A stretch of DNA of 64,000 nt from Eledone cirrhosa. Its lineage: Eukaryota. Of this stretch, positions 1 to 13,399 are shown piece by piece (position 1 is the stretch's first letter; every line of letters begins with the position of its first letter). The stretch lies in contig OZ024742.1 of the NCBI GenBank assembly GCA_964016885.1, positions 75,206,001 to 75,270,000 on the forward strand. Reading direction: 5' to 3'. Made by a program: the position numbers and the translations under genes. The notes under the pieces were generated by a model that saw only the letters and a program-made list of their open reading frames with translations, had not been told where the DNA came from and did not search any database.

Positions 1-1366
1 ATTTAGAATGGGATTTGCAGTATAAGACACATAGGAAAAGCATAAGATGCCAGACAAGCGAACATAATATATCTAGTGAATGAAGAGAAATAAAAGAAAG
101 GTAGATTATAATAAGTACTCTGATACTTTATTATACTAAATATACATGTCTTAGACATGTTTTAAAACACGCAGCATATCTCTACGGAATTATTTTCTCT
201 TAATATTTTATTCAGTGTAGCAGGATCAATTATACGACAGCAATTAATCAAAGAGGATAATCGAAAATTTATTCGGTGTAGAATTGTTTGTGGTTTGTGT
301 GCACTGTGACTCAATGCACAGATATGAACATAACGATTTAGCAAAACCAATTCAATGATCTGCTGGAAGCTTCTTAAACACAACTGACCATTAAAAATGA
401 AAAATTACTTTTGCTGTTTATCCAATTTCAGTCGTAAAGAAATAAAAGAAGAAAATTTTAACCTGCATCACGTTGCAGAAATTAGTGCTTGGTTTCAATA
501 TTATGCCATTTACATGAACAACATTTTGAAATATCTTTTCAAAAAATAAAATCCGTTGAAAACCAAACTTTACCGAGCTCTATAGACTTTCAGTATTGAA
601 ATCCAAATTTATTTTTTATAGTTGATAATTTCAGAAAAACTACGACACAAGCAAAATAAGAAACAGAATAAAAAGTAAAAGAAGAGCAAAGGGAAAAGTG
701 AAAAAATGCAGCTATATTTCAGCAATGTCTAAACAGAACAGAGATAAAAAATGTGGGAACGGTTGGTTGTTGTTAGATTTGAAATGTATTCGTTGAAGAA
801 AGTATTCTTGAGTGAAATATAATAAAACAAATAAAGAGAAAAAGGTTAGATTGCAGTACTGAACTGTATTAAAAATACATTAAAATGCCATTCTTTCCAA
901 CCATTTAAAAAAAAATTCATGTATCCCCCTCCGCACACACATACACACACACATGCAGTTCCACATTTTTTATTCACATTTGTTATAAAGATTGTTGCCG
1001 ATTCTTTCCAAATAATAAATTATAACAAAAATAGTTATAAGAAGAAATTTACAGTGATGTAAGGATATATTTAAACAAATGCGAAGTAGTCTAGTTAGGT
1101 TAAATAAAAGGATGACGGATTTTGTTCTTTAAGATGAGCCTATGTGCATTAAGTCGGGATATTTTCAGATAGACACAGATTTTATTGGAAATTTCTACAT
1201 ATATTATTTTACATACTGATGACGAAAAAACAACCAAATGTATCTATCCTCTACCTCTCAAATCAACCAGCGGCTAGTAAAAAGAACAAAAACAACAACA
1301 ACAGCAGCCAGAAAAATGAAACGTGTGCAGGTACACACACACACATATACATATATATATATAATA

Positions 1367-1610
1367 ATAATAATACAAGGACGATTTGTTAAACCTTCAT
1401 TACGTTTATTGACGCGCATTTCGCTATTGATCAGCTCAAGGTTCGATCTGTATCGATCTGGCCCGACTCTGGAATCAAAAGCTCGTCAGACCTCTGCTGT
1501 AGTAATGACAGAATCGATACAGATCGAAACTTTAGCTGACCAATAGCGATACGCACGTCACCAGTCAATAAAAGTAATGAAGGCTTAACAAATCGTCCTT
1601 GTATTATTAT
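1367..1610. repeat. Imperfect inverted repeat (about 95-100 bp arms, about 50 bp loop) beside a (TA)n tract
   Basis: 1367-1460 (ataataatacaaggacgatttgttaaaccttcattac...gttcgatctgtatcgat) is the reverse complement of 1509-1610 with scattered mismatches and indels. Confidence 0.9.
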
Positions 1611-1782
1611 ATTACACTCTGTCTAGCTCTACACCTCGCCATTGACGTGAACCTAAACATCGACTGCTCACCTGGAGGAACCTACAGTAACTTCACGTTA
1701 CACTCCCTGGATATATGGCCGGATGGCTGGAACAGGTAAAAGAGTAAAATATTATATATATATTCTTTTATTAAGGCTAAAC

Positions 1783-1820
1783 CTGATGACCCTGTGATAA
1801 ACAGGCGAAACTCCAGAGTA
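1783..1820 (+). ncRNA. Hammerhead ribozyme core (stem I not evident)
   Basis: CTGATGA-c-cctgt-gataa-acagg-c-GAAA-ctc-ca-gag-TA: core boxes, 5-bp stem II, stem III and a GUA site; flanks do not pair. Confidence 0.6.
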
Positions 1821-1895
1821 ACAAGACTCACTAACTAGTATTAATAAAATGACTATTAAAATCCTATTTCGCTATTGAGTACCCGTCAACCACAT

Positions 1896-1947
<52 letters not shown>

Positions 1948-2007
1948 AAGACTATGTCACTTACTTCTTTGTTTTTCCTTCTTTTTTTCGGCAAAGAAGG
2001 GAGAGAA

Positions 2008-2048
2008 GCTGACAGATTCTGTTTCACACTGTTGGTGTTCCTCAGAGC
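2008..2048 (-). ncRNA. Minimal type-I hammerhead ribozyme (intact copy)
   Basis: Minus strand reads gct-CTGAGGA-acac-caaca-gtgt-GAAA-cagaatctg-TC-agc; stems I, II and III all pair; GUC cleavage triplet. Confidence 0.88.
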
Positions 2049-2335
2049 AACGTTCTTCCTGCCTTGCCCAAAATTATAGAGGCTGAATTCTTATAGAATT
2101 CCAGTAATAATCTGGAACTGATTATACAGAGCGATTGCCGGTCCAGAAAAAATTGAAAATTAGGATTGGCACTCTGAAATAGCGATGTATACATGAATGT
2201 ATGTATAGTATATTTGGCAATATACCGTATGTTTAATTAAAAACAGTTTGAAGACCTTGCGCTATCATTTTAAAGTAATGACTATGTCACTTACTTCTTT
2301 TTTTTCCTTCTTTTTTCGGCAAAGAAGGGAGAGAA

Positions 2336-2376
2336 GTTGACAGACTCTGTTTCACACTGTTGGTGTTCCTCAGTGC
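2336..2376 (-). ncRNA. Hammerhead ribozyme, tandem copy with stem I substitutions
   Basis: Same core as 2008-2048, 328 bp away. Confidence 0.75.
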
Positions 2377-2407
2377 AACACATTTTCGGCAAGGCAAGAA
2401 GAACGTG

Positions 2408-2448
2408 GCTCTGAGGAACACCAACAGTGTGAAACATAATCTGTCAGC
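2408..2448 (+). ncRNA. Hammerhead ribozyme, inverted copy
   Basis: gct-CTGAGGA-acac-caaca-gtgt-GAAA-cataatctg-TC-agc; one stem III mismatch. Confidence 0.82.
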
Positions 2449-2564
2449 TTCTCTCCCTTCTTTGCCGAAAAAAAGAAGTAAGTGACATAGTGACTACTTT
2501 AAAAATGATAGCGTGAGGTCTTCAAAATGTTTTTTAATTAAACATACGGTATATTTCCAAATAT

Positions 2565-2888
<324 letters not shown>

Positions 2889-3491
2889 GTATCAACTTCA
2901 GAAAATTAAAAGGAGAAGACAAGACAATGAACGAAAAAGAAGGAGCAAAGACAAGACGAAGAAAGTAAGATGTCGTGTTAAAAATGTATTCCATTGATAT
3001 TATTGAGGAGTAAAGAGAGAACACGTTCGTCACAGATTAGTAATAATAAACTTACGAAAATTAACAAAGAGAAAGACAATAAACGAAAACAATTTTTTTG
3101 AAAGGGAACCCTTAACATTTAAAAAAAAATTAAAGACAGAACTCCAAGTTCTTCAGCCGTTGAGATGGACTTTGGCAATTTCAACGCCTACAAACGGTAC
3201 TGCTGGTCCACCTGGTGCCACAGTCTGACAAACAAGCTATAGGGTTGTCAGTGGAGTAAAAGATAGGGCAAAACAAAAACTTATAGCAATTAAACCATAA
3301 CAGGTACAGTTAGAATTTTGTGACGACTAGGAGAAGGTATTGTGCTTTTATAGCAATGGTTAGTCTCGTGGGGCTGAAAGAAAGGAAGTAAAGAAGGGAA
3401 ATAGAAAAAGGAAAGAAAAAGGCAAGAAGAAGAAAGTAACATATCGTGTTTACCATTGCAATTATTGGGGGAGAAGAGAGAACACGTTTGT

Positions 3492-3492
3492 T

Positions 3493-3526
<34 letters not shown>

Positions 3527-3625
3527 GTATACACACACACACACGCATACACACACACACACGCATACACACACACACGCACACACACACACGCACCCAG
3601 ACACACACACACACACACACACACA

Positions 3626-3661
<36 letters not shown>

Positions 3662-3716
3662 AACATATATATATATATATATATATATATACAAAGAGAG
3701 AGAGAGAGAGAGAGAT
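3492..3716. repeat. Compound (CA)n-(TA)n-(GA)n microsatellite
   Basis: Direct reading. Confidence 0.95.
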
Positions 3717-5654
3717 CTGTAGGTTAACCATAGCGTTTATTAATATAGCCGGACTGCAGTACGCTGTCAATTTTTTTCACATACTGTTATTTACTTTTAT
3801 AAACTTATAAAATTCTGTAAAGTGTACTTAAATCTCAAACACACACTCCAAAGAAAGAAAACATATTTCCCATACAGAAATGTCTGAATATACAGGAACA
3901 AAAACAGAAATGAAATTGAAAATTCAATTATTAAAAATGCATAGAAATAAATAATATGTCACTTATACAATTGCTTTACGCAGGAAAGTGAGAAAAAATA
4001 AGGTTTTTGAGCAAGTCTTCTTTCTCTTCAAATTCATGGAACAGCAAAGGAAACATTGCCTAGAAGATTCAGTGAAAAAAAAGTACCGAAATTTACCACA
4101 ACAAAAGAAAAACACTGACAAGACTGTTTTCTCAAACTAATAAACGTAGATACATAGAGAGATACATACGTACTTATATAAACACACTCACACACACAAT
4201 ATATATATAATTTAAATTTTAATTCACTAAGGACCATATTTTCGATCGCATATATTCTACACGAATACACGTTTTGAGCGTCTCCCAGTATTTAATTGAA
4301 AGTATGCCCAGCCTACATGTTAACATATATTTCAGCAACTACTTCATAGGTTAATAAACGGGGTTCGGCTTGATCTTATTCTGTCCTTCAGCAACCATGC
4401 TCCCACTGTTGTATTTCAATGGGAAACTATATATATATATATATTGGGAAAAAAAATATATATATATATATAAATAAATCTTCCTTAAATTGGAAAATCA
4501 AATTTCTGAAAATCGACTGTGTTGGCAGCTAGTTCAACTAATGAAATACAGTTGCGTTTAGCAACACGCTTTTAATAATAACAGTGTTATATTCAGTATG
4601 CTATACATTAGTAGTGCAACTTTTAGCAGTAATTGGACGCACACAAAATATAAACGAATGTTTATACATTCTCTCCATGGTCAGAAAAAGAGGGATCATT
4701 CCGATCGGTTTCACTTTTATATACACGCGCTTATCAGAAACCCTGTGCATGTGTAATATCCATCTGTGGAAATATTGTATAAATAATCAGCGAAACGTAA
4801 GAAATTAAGTAATTCAGAAAATCCAATTTGCTTGAATAACACTGTGAAGCGTCATATAGTGTATTCGATTACAAACCACAGCATTCGATGTGGAATGCAT
4901 TTGCAGACACAGTGCTGAGTGTATTTTATCCTACATAAATATTATCCAAAATATGTTAATGGAATTTTTGTTATTCATTTCAGAAACTTCATATACGAAT
5001 TGATTACTACGTAATGTATTTTGCATATCATGAACCATACTTAAATTATTCATCAACACTAAAACTAAAGTAACTTGTGGCTCTGTTCTATACACATGGA
5101 ACTGAATATCTGAAACCATTTTTTAACGTGAATACATTAGAAAGTTTCGTAATATTTGTGATATATTTATAAGGCGTTTTCTAACCCCATCAACTTATGA
5201 TGTATTGTTGATTAATCATATTTAGATATGGTTATGTATATTTTTGCTCAGATATTGTTACTACCTTACTTCAGTATTTTGAATGATCGGAACGAGGAAA
5301 ATTGAAGTTGCAATTGAAACGCTTCAGTTTCTAACAAAATATACGTATATATTATTTAGAACTTTAATTGAACTTTGCACGAAAATATTCTCAGCACATT
5401 TCAGAAATGATAAGATATTATCAACACAACAATTATCTAATTTTTAATTTTTAATATATATTGGCGAGCTCATTTACTTATTTACTATAAAGTTTCACAC
5501 TAAAAATGAAGGTATAAAACATTTTCAGGACATTTCGCTCATACGATATACATACTGTTTGCAGTGAATAATTTCCTATATAATGGGAGATTTTCTACCA
5601 CTTGTCTCTTTACGCTGCACATGTGTGCATATTTCTACACGCATTATTATCTAT

Positions 5655-5838
5655 TGGCAGTATCGGTAGCGAGTTGGACGCCATGCTTTGACGCATAGAG
5701 TTACTGCCCTTGCCATTCTGAGTTCAAATCCCGCCGAGGTTAACTTTGCCTTTCATCCTTACGGGGTCGATAAAATAAAGTACCAGTAATGTACTCAGTA
5801 ATTGCTGGCCTTGTGCTAAAAGTAGAAACAATTATTAT
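5655..5838 (+). mobile_element. Degenerate tRNA-derived SINE (resembles an abundant Octopus SINE)
   Basis: Pol III B-box-like gagttcaaatcc (about 5720), then the core gcctttcatccttacggggtcgataaaataaagtaccag and the tail ggccttgtgctaaaagtagaaacaattatt; family recognised from memory only. Confidence 0.7.
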
Positions 5839-6039
5839 CTATAATATTCATCCATTTGGCCTTGGTACCTTGCAGTGGATGAACGGTTGTATGTGTTTCT
5901 CTAATTCTCGAGTATCGCACATGCTGAACACATTCTTCATCACTCTTATTAAGTCCGCAATTAGTATGTTGGCTTTTACGTTAACTGAAATGGCTGCGTT
6001 TCAGTGAATGAGGTAGTTGGTGGACATAAGTTTGGTATA

Positions 6040-7250
6040 ATTTTGCATAATGCGAATGGAGGATCTGTGTTTTATTACTAATGGTTTCTAACCAGTTCTG
6101 TATCTAATACAACTAGTCTATGGTTGGGTTCTTTGGATAGGTAGTCTACGGTAACTGTAATACTTAAGTGGATGGAGTTTGTAATTTGCTGGATGCTTTC
6201 CATGGTGTTTTTCTAACTCTTGAATGTTCTCTTGAGGGCGTGCTTTAACTACTATATTGATGTCATCTGCGTAGCGGTAGTACATACAGTTCTCATGTGA
6301 GCGTTCTTTAAGTCTCCTGTCCCACCATATCATAAAGAGTTTAGCCACGTCACCAGCAATGCTGACACCCATGCCCCCCCCCCCCCTCAGGCATATGTTT
6401 TATGAACTTAAACATATGTTCCTTGAGGGTTAGTTTTATACTGGCCCACACCACATGTGCGATTATTTTCCATACTTGGTCATAGTTGTCGAGGATCCGT
6501 ATGGCTCTGGTCCTCTCCCTCCATCTTTCTGTGGGTATCTTCTTTGCAGTTGAGGTAATGGCAAGTAATGTGTCTCTCACTGGCCTTGTGGGACAGACGC
6601 TGCTAAGGCCGTGTGAATTTAAGTATTCCTTATAGATAGGTTGCATTCCTTGATTCTGCCGAGGAGGTCTTCCGTGCTGTGACATACTTCTGGGAAGATT
6701 TCAATTGTATGGCGTATAAGTAAGGAGAGGAAGTAGTTTCTGCCAATGTTGGCTCCACATATTGGCCGTGTTTGTTGTACTGTGTCTGGATCAATTTATT
6801 TTGTGGAAGTCCATAAGGCGTCGCATGTCATAGTTGCAGACCGGGAAGTTGTTAGTTGTACGCTTGGTTGGCTGCATTTTGCTAGACCACATCATGATGT
6901 GAGCGTTGAGGTTTTTTTCACTTTTCTCAGGCTCCTGTGGTATTGTTTCTCTTGTGTTGATTATGTAGGTTGCATTGCCTGGATGTTGTTTGGAAGGCTG
7001 TTGACTCACATTAAGTCAGACGTGTTTGTTGGAAAGGATGATATTTCTCTATTTCTCGAGCGCTGTATGAGCTTACGCAAGCCATGTGCAGATTTTTGCC
7101 CAAGTTGCTGAGCCGCCACTCTATTTTGTTTCCTACTCTTCTCTTAAAGAATCTGTCTACATTTCGCGCCAGCTATTGTAAATTGAGCCTCAGTTTGGTC
7201 ATCGGCTTGTGCTGGGATACAGATTCTTTTAGTAAATGATAATGTCGTCG
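6040..7250 (-). pseudogene. Decayed PLE reverse transcriptase fragment, Naiad-like
   Basis: Frameshifted pieces GGGMGVSIAGDVAKLFMIWWD...YYRYADDINIVV and TVDYLSKEPNHRLVVLD (RT motifs B and C onward); the upstream piece CPTRP...ITS...EHMFKF fits the same RT type. Confidence 0.65.
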
Positions 7251-7888
7251 AGTAAATAATTTTTCAATGTTTTATCTGTCTGTTATTCACCTCACAACTT
7301 TACTTTACTCTTTACCGACCACTGGCAACTGATTTCTGTCATTGAGGTATTTTTACCAGACATGCATGCTGTCATTGGCGGCATTTGGCTTTTTAAACAG
7401 GTATTTGTGCATTCGAATTTTCAAATTATTTCTATGAATTTAAAAAAAACACTTACGCTTCGTCTCGATTTTCGAGGCAACAATGTTTACATATATATAT
7501 TGGTCAGATGACACGAACATTTCTTTGGTCAGAACCAGCCACTATAAAACCCTTTTGTTTGCTCAGGAAAAATGTGTGCTCGTGAGTATATATGTATGTC
7601 TATAGATATTTAAGTGTGAATATGAACAAGCCTTTTACCTGTGTAATTGTATTAAATGTATATTTCTAAAAATAGTTTTTTCAAAGATTCCCAGTTCCTT
7701 AAGATCTCTCAGTCAATGACTTTTGCCCATCCTTAAAATGAACACCTTCCCCAACCACCAGAACATATACAAAAACCACCGCATTACAATACAAGTCGGT
7801 TTTCCTGATGATTTCATTTGAATGAAAAAGTTCTATCCTGTAGAATCCATTTCTAGATTCAATGTGTTATATATATATATAAATAGAT

Positions 7889-7956
<68 letters not shown>

Positions 7957-8071
7957 GTGAGGATTTTTTACAAAATGAAAAATAACCGAGTGAAAGTATA
8001 AGGAAAAAAGATGAAATCGAAAATGCAACTGGAGTCTTATTTAAAAAAATATATATATATTTATTTGGTTC

Positions 8072-8107
8072 CTTTACCCGTTTCGCAGTTCTTCTGCTTT
8101 TCAAAAG
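8072..8107 (-). ncRNA. Minimal hammerhead ribozyme, U3-A8 core variant, in pLTR
   Basis: ctt-TTGAAAA-gcag-aagaa-ctgc-GAAA-c-gg-g-TA-aag. Confidence 0.75.
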
Positions 8108-9200
8108 TAGAGTTGAGATGGAGGGTCTGTGGTTTTTCTCACATCTGGTTGGTCTTTGAATGTTACTTGTTTTATATGGAAAAAAGTGGCTCGAAACGCA
8201 AGGTTTTTATAGAAGTAATTTGATTGGTTGGTGAATAAGTATAATAAATTTCGCGCCAGTTCGCGTTACAAAGTTCTTCAAACAAGGGGGGGGGGGGGCT
8301 CAGGTTGTTTCTTCATATATGAGTGAAGTTTGGTTGGTTGATGCAGTCACGCGAATAAGCACATCAGCTTTCGCGCCAGTTTGTTTGAATTTCTTTTTAC
8401 TTAAAAAAAAATGGCTCCTGAAGGCTTTTGTTTTTTTTTTATAAATGTAATTTGATTGGTTATAAATGAAATTATGACTGTCACGTGAACAAGTTCAATA
8501 AATTTCGCGCCCGAATTTGGGAATTTATTTTGTGGCCTTTTAGAGAATTTTATGACAAACAAAAGATAATGGTCAAGAGAAATGGGATGGGGAGAATTGT
8601 TCTGGTTAAGTGAATATGGCTGGTTCGCTGGGGTGTCAGAATTCAGACTTTCTATTGAAATAAAGAAAGTAGAGATATGTATGTTTATTTTTGTGCTTGT
8701 GTGTGTGTGTATGTGTGTGTGTGTTTGTGTGTGTGTATAGGAAGATGATTCTATTAGTAAAAATGGGGAGGGAGTTGTGTGTGTGTATGGCTGGTATGTG
8801 TGTGTGTGTGGGGGGGGGGTATGTTAAGATGGAGAGAATATATATATATATATTGTGTGTGTGTATGTGTGTAGGAAAAGGATTCTATTAGTAGAAATGG
8901 GGGAGGGAGTTGTGTGTGGGGGTGTTATGTGTGTGTGGGAGTATGGTTAGCATGTTAAGATGAAGAGAATATATATTATTGTGTGTGTGTGTGTGTAGGA
9001 AAATGATTTCGTTAGTAGAAATATTTTTGAATGAACAGATTTTCCTTATGTATTCGTATTTGTTCTGTTGTAGTGTCAGCGCAAACGTAGGTTAAGTTTT
9101 ATTTAGTTCGGGTTTTTATTTTCTAAAGTAGAAAGTGTTATATGTGTGTGTATGTGTCTGTTTGGATGGTTAGCATGTTATGGTGTTGACATAATGTATA

Positions 9201-12200
9201 TTAAACTATATTTAATGCTGGTCTATATTTTTGAATAAACGTATTTTCCTTATTTATTCGTATTTGTTCTGTTGTATTGTCAGCGCAAAGGTAAAATGCG
9301 AAGACTTGGAATTTGGGTGTCTTGTTACTTGCGCATATGTCTAGATATGCACTTAGTGGTATCTGTCTCGTGTTTGGATCTCGTGATTGTTCGTGATGAA
9401 CTGTCATTCTGTTTCTGAGTGTGAGGTTAGTTTGTCCTATATAATCTTCATTGCATCCTTTACTTTTAATGGCATGAAGTAGATTTTTGATGAGCAAGTG
9501 AAGTGATTTTTTACAGCAAAATTTTGTCCTGATTGAAATGTATACGTGTTGCCTTCAATGAGGTGAGTACAGGTTCCACAATTAGAGCGACCACATTTTT
9601 TGACAGTTGGTTGTGGGTTTGTGGTAGGTAATTTGGCATTGGTGAGTAATGTCTTTAGTGATTTCGGTTGTCTTTTGCTTTTGATTATTTTGTGTGTTTC
9701 AAGGGCTTTTTTCATTCTTGGGTCTTGTTTCAATAGTGGGATGTTCTTGTGAATAGTGTTGTAAGCTTCCGCATTTTTTGGGTTGTGTGTTGAGATATAT
9801 GATAGAATATTGGACGTACCTTGAATTTGTTTCTGTTTTCGTAATTCATTAATGCCTATTGCGTTAGCCCTTTCTATTCCATTATTTATTAGTAATGGTT
9901 TGTACTGTCTTTCGATTAGAATTTCCTTTACTTATTGAAGTCTTTTATTTCGCGTTTCATAATTGGAGACAATTGTGCAAATTCTTCTTGCTAGGTTAAA
10001 GGAATGTTCGTCTTCGTGTTCTTTGGATGGTTGGAGGTGAATAGCAGGTATTGTTTGGAATCTGTTGGTTTGTAGTGTATGTCAGTTTCAATATTTGTGT
10101 CTTTTTTTAAGATTAAGATGTCCAGAAATGGGAATTGATCTTGGCTGTATTCCATTGTGAATTAGATGTGGTTATTGAAGCCGTTAATTACATTTTTGAA
10201 ATCATTCAGTTGGTCGAGTGTGTGGGACCAAAGAATGAGACAATCATCCAAGTAGCGTTTCCAATTCTCTGATAAATATTTGTGGAAGTTCAATCCGTAT
10301 TTTGATTTGGACTGTTCATATATCTGGACTTCTAGGTATGCCATGACTAAGTTGGCATAAGTTGGAGCGGCTTTTGTACTCATCGCAGTCCCCGATATGT
10401 GCTTGTAAGTACTGCCATCGAAATCAAAAAAGTTGATCTGCAAGATAAATTTTAATCCCTCGGTGATGAAGCTTTTTTCTATTCTGCCGGGTATCTCATT
10501 GGGATATTTCTCTAGCCAGAATCCTATTGCTTCTAGTCCGTATTGGTGTGGGATCGTTGTGTAGAGATTCACTACATTGAAAGACACAATAATAGTGTCG
10601 TTGTTGACATGTTTCGGGAGGTGATTTAAGAGGTACAGATCGTCTCTTACAAGGCTTGGTATGTGTTTGAGAATTGGTTTTAGTAGTATGTCTATAAAGT
10701 TGCTCAGTCTGTGTGTTTCACATTGTGGGCCCGCTACAATTGGTCTTAATTTTAAGGTCTGTGGGGGTATTGTGTGTTCACGCAGGCTGAGGTGGATTGT
10801 TTACAAGCATCGTTAATTATTTTACACTTGTGGATCTTCGGGAGTCCGTAAATGTTGCTGGTTTTGTATTCAAAATGTGATAAATAATGGCGTTCCTTTT
10901 TAGTTAAGTCTTCCTGGTATCGACAAATCAGTGTGTTTAATCTGGTCATCGTTTTTGATTGCTGGTAGTTATTTACTCTTTCATAGTAATTAGTATGTTG
11001 TAAGAGAGAGAACATAGAATTTTATATTTTTCAGCATCCATAATGACAACAGTACTTCCCTTGTCCGCTACATTAATTATAATGTCCGTATTGTTTTTTC
11101 ATGGATAATCTCTCATTCCCTTCGACTCGTGTTGGGTTTTGGTTTAGGTTGCGGTAGTTCATGGTATGGGAAAGTAGCTATGTGGTCACACAATTTGTCC
11201 AGAACTCTGTTTCTACCTTTTGTTGGGTTGTAGCTGCTTTTATTCCGTACAATTGATTGGTCGTTATTCTCATTGTCAAAAAATTCATATGTGAGACGTA
11301 ATTTTCTACAGAAGTGTGAGATATCGTCATTTATCTCATTGAGGTTAGAGTATTGTGGTGTTGGTGTGAATTTCAGTCCTTTGGAGATAATTTTAACTTG
11401 TTGGGTTGAGAGGTTTGTATTTGAAAGGTTGATTATTTTCGGTTTTTCAAAATCGGCTTATGCCACCGGGTGTCGTTGGTCCTGTAGCCTTGGTCTAAAA
11501 AATGATTTTTCTGGAATGTTTTCTCAATGGTATTATTATATCTAATGGCATTTCCCCTGTTGTTGTGTGGTCTTGTATAGAAGTTTCAGACGTATTGAGG
11601 TTCGGTTTGTTGATAGTCCGGGTTGTAGATGTTGTTGCTTTGTGTGTGTTGGGATCTACGATTTTGGAACAGGTTCTGTGTGGGCAGGGGTCTACGGTTT
11701 TGGAATAGGTTTTGTGTGTGTTGGGGGATCTTCGGTTTTTGTTAGTAGCGTTATAGTTTTGTCTATGGGTTCTGGGATCATCGTCATAGTTTTGCTGGGG
11801 GTATGTTGGACGTTTTGTTACTTTTTTATGTTATTTGTTATGCATGTGGTGTGTGAGTTTTAGTTTGTTTTAAAAATGGGTTACCTGTATGTTGTTACTT
11901 TGAAATCCATTTTGTAGTTTTTGAACCAGGTGGCGTTTTTTCCCATCGCTGGAGGGATGTTAGTTCTTCATCCTCACAATTTTCTTTCCAAAGTTTTAAG
12001 GTTTTTTCATAGAGTAGGCCTTCTGAGTGCCTTGAGATTACTGTTTCCATCTGTTGGTCGAGTGACTTGAATTTTTCTTCGTTGGAGTTGGCTCTTAACC
12101 GCAACAGTTCTATTTCTATTTAAAATTTTTCTAATGCCATCTTTTCCCTAAGTCTTTGTTGGTTTTCTGGTTCATTCGGGATGGGTTTTATTTGGAGTTT

Positions 12201-12604
12201 TTTTGGGGGAGGATGATTGGGGTAGAGTTTAGCCACTTTTCATATATGTCTGCCTTGTCATTAATTTTTAGGAGATTCTAAAAGGCGAATTTGCGGGCTC
12301 TGAGCTTTTGAGTCCATATATTGATTAGGGTGTTTTTCACTGAGTGTACATCTCGTAGATTGGGTTCTAATGGTTGTTCCAGCTTTTGGAGCATTGCCGT
12401 CTCAATGGTTTCGATTAGTTTAGTTAATGCTGGAGTAATATTCGTCTCTTAGGTATTTTCTGTTTCTTCGTGGAGTACTTTTTTATAGATATGTATTTGG
12501 TCCACTTTGTTGGTCAAAATTGAAAGTTTAGAGGAAATCTCTTTGAGTTCATTAAAGATGTCCTGGTTTAGTGAGTTGTTGTTTTGTTGAGATTTTGGTG
12601 GCAT
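9201..12604 (-). pseudogene. PLE polyprotein (RT plus C-terminal GIY-YIG endonuclease), disrupted by stops and frameshifts
   Basis: Probable start MPPKSQQ at 12604; ORF pieces 11895-12104, 10752-11015 (YGLPKIHK), 10162-10587, 9437-9733 and 9201-9497 are collinear. Confidence 0.88.
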
Positions 12605-12708
12605 TTTCGGACTTCGTGTGATGGGTATGTATTAGAAGTGAGGTTTTTTTACAAAATGAAAAATAACCGAGTTTTATTTAAAAAAAAACATATATATTTA
12701 TTTGGTTC

Positions 12709-12744
12709 CTTTACCCGTTTCGCAATTCTTCTGCTTTTCAAAAG
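12709..12744 (-). ncRNA. Hammerhead ribozyme, second pLTR copy
   Basis: As 8072-8107 with one G-U pair in stem II. Confidence 0.72.
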
Positions 12745-13399
12745 TAGAGTTGAGATGGAGGGTCTGTGGTTTTTCTCACATCTGGTTGGTCTTTGAATGT
12801 TACTTGTTTTATATGGAAAAAAGTGGCTCGAAACGCAAGGTTTTTATAGAAGTAATTTGATTGGTTGGTGAATAAGTATAATAAATTTCGCGCCAGTTCG
12901 CGTTACAAAGTTCTTCAAACAAGGGGGGGGGGCTCAGGTTGTTTCTTCATATATGAGTGAAGTTTGGTTGGTTGATGCAGTCACGCGAATAAGCACATCA
13001 GCTTTCGCGCCAGTTTGTTTGAATTTCTTTTTACTTAAACAAAAATGGCTCCTGAAGGCTTTTGTTTTTTTTATAAATGTAATTTGATTGGTTATAAATG
13101 AAATTATGACTGTCACGTGAACAAGTTCAATAAATTTCGCGCCCGTATTTGGGAATTTATTTTGTGGCCTTTTAGAGAATTTTATGACAAACAAAAGATA
13201 ATGGTCAAGAGAAATGGGATGGGGAGAATTGTTCTGGTTAAGTGAATATGGCAGGTTGTTTTTTCATATATGAGTGAAGTTTGGTTGGTTGATGCAGTCA
13301 CGTGAATAAGCAGATCAGCTTTCGCGTCAGTTTGTTTGAATTACTTTTTACTTAAAAAAAGGGCCTCACGAAGGCTTTATACATATATATATATATCAG

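Larger units (their letters stand above)
7950..13380 (-). mobile_element. Near full-length Neptune-like Penelope element with direct pseudo-LTRs, inserted in (TA)n
   Basis: Direct repeats 7950-8625 and 12631-13258 flank a broken ORF with RT (GTAMSTKAAPTYANL, KRYLDDC), a Cys linker (CGRSNCGTC) and GIY-YIG (EDYIGQTNLTLRNRMTVH). Confidence 0.9.

Noticed and set aside
7805-7840. CTGATGA-tttcatttgaat-GAAA hammerhead-like core
   Set aside because: Stems I and III do not pair; it may be a decayed HHR but is not supportable and was not counted.
7950-13258. Direct repeats as true LTRs of an LTR retrotransposon
   Set aside because: No TG...CA ends, PBS, protease or integrase; the ORF is PLE-type RT plus GIY-YIG.
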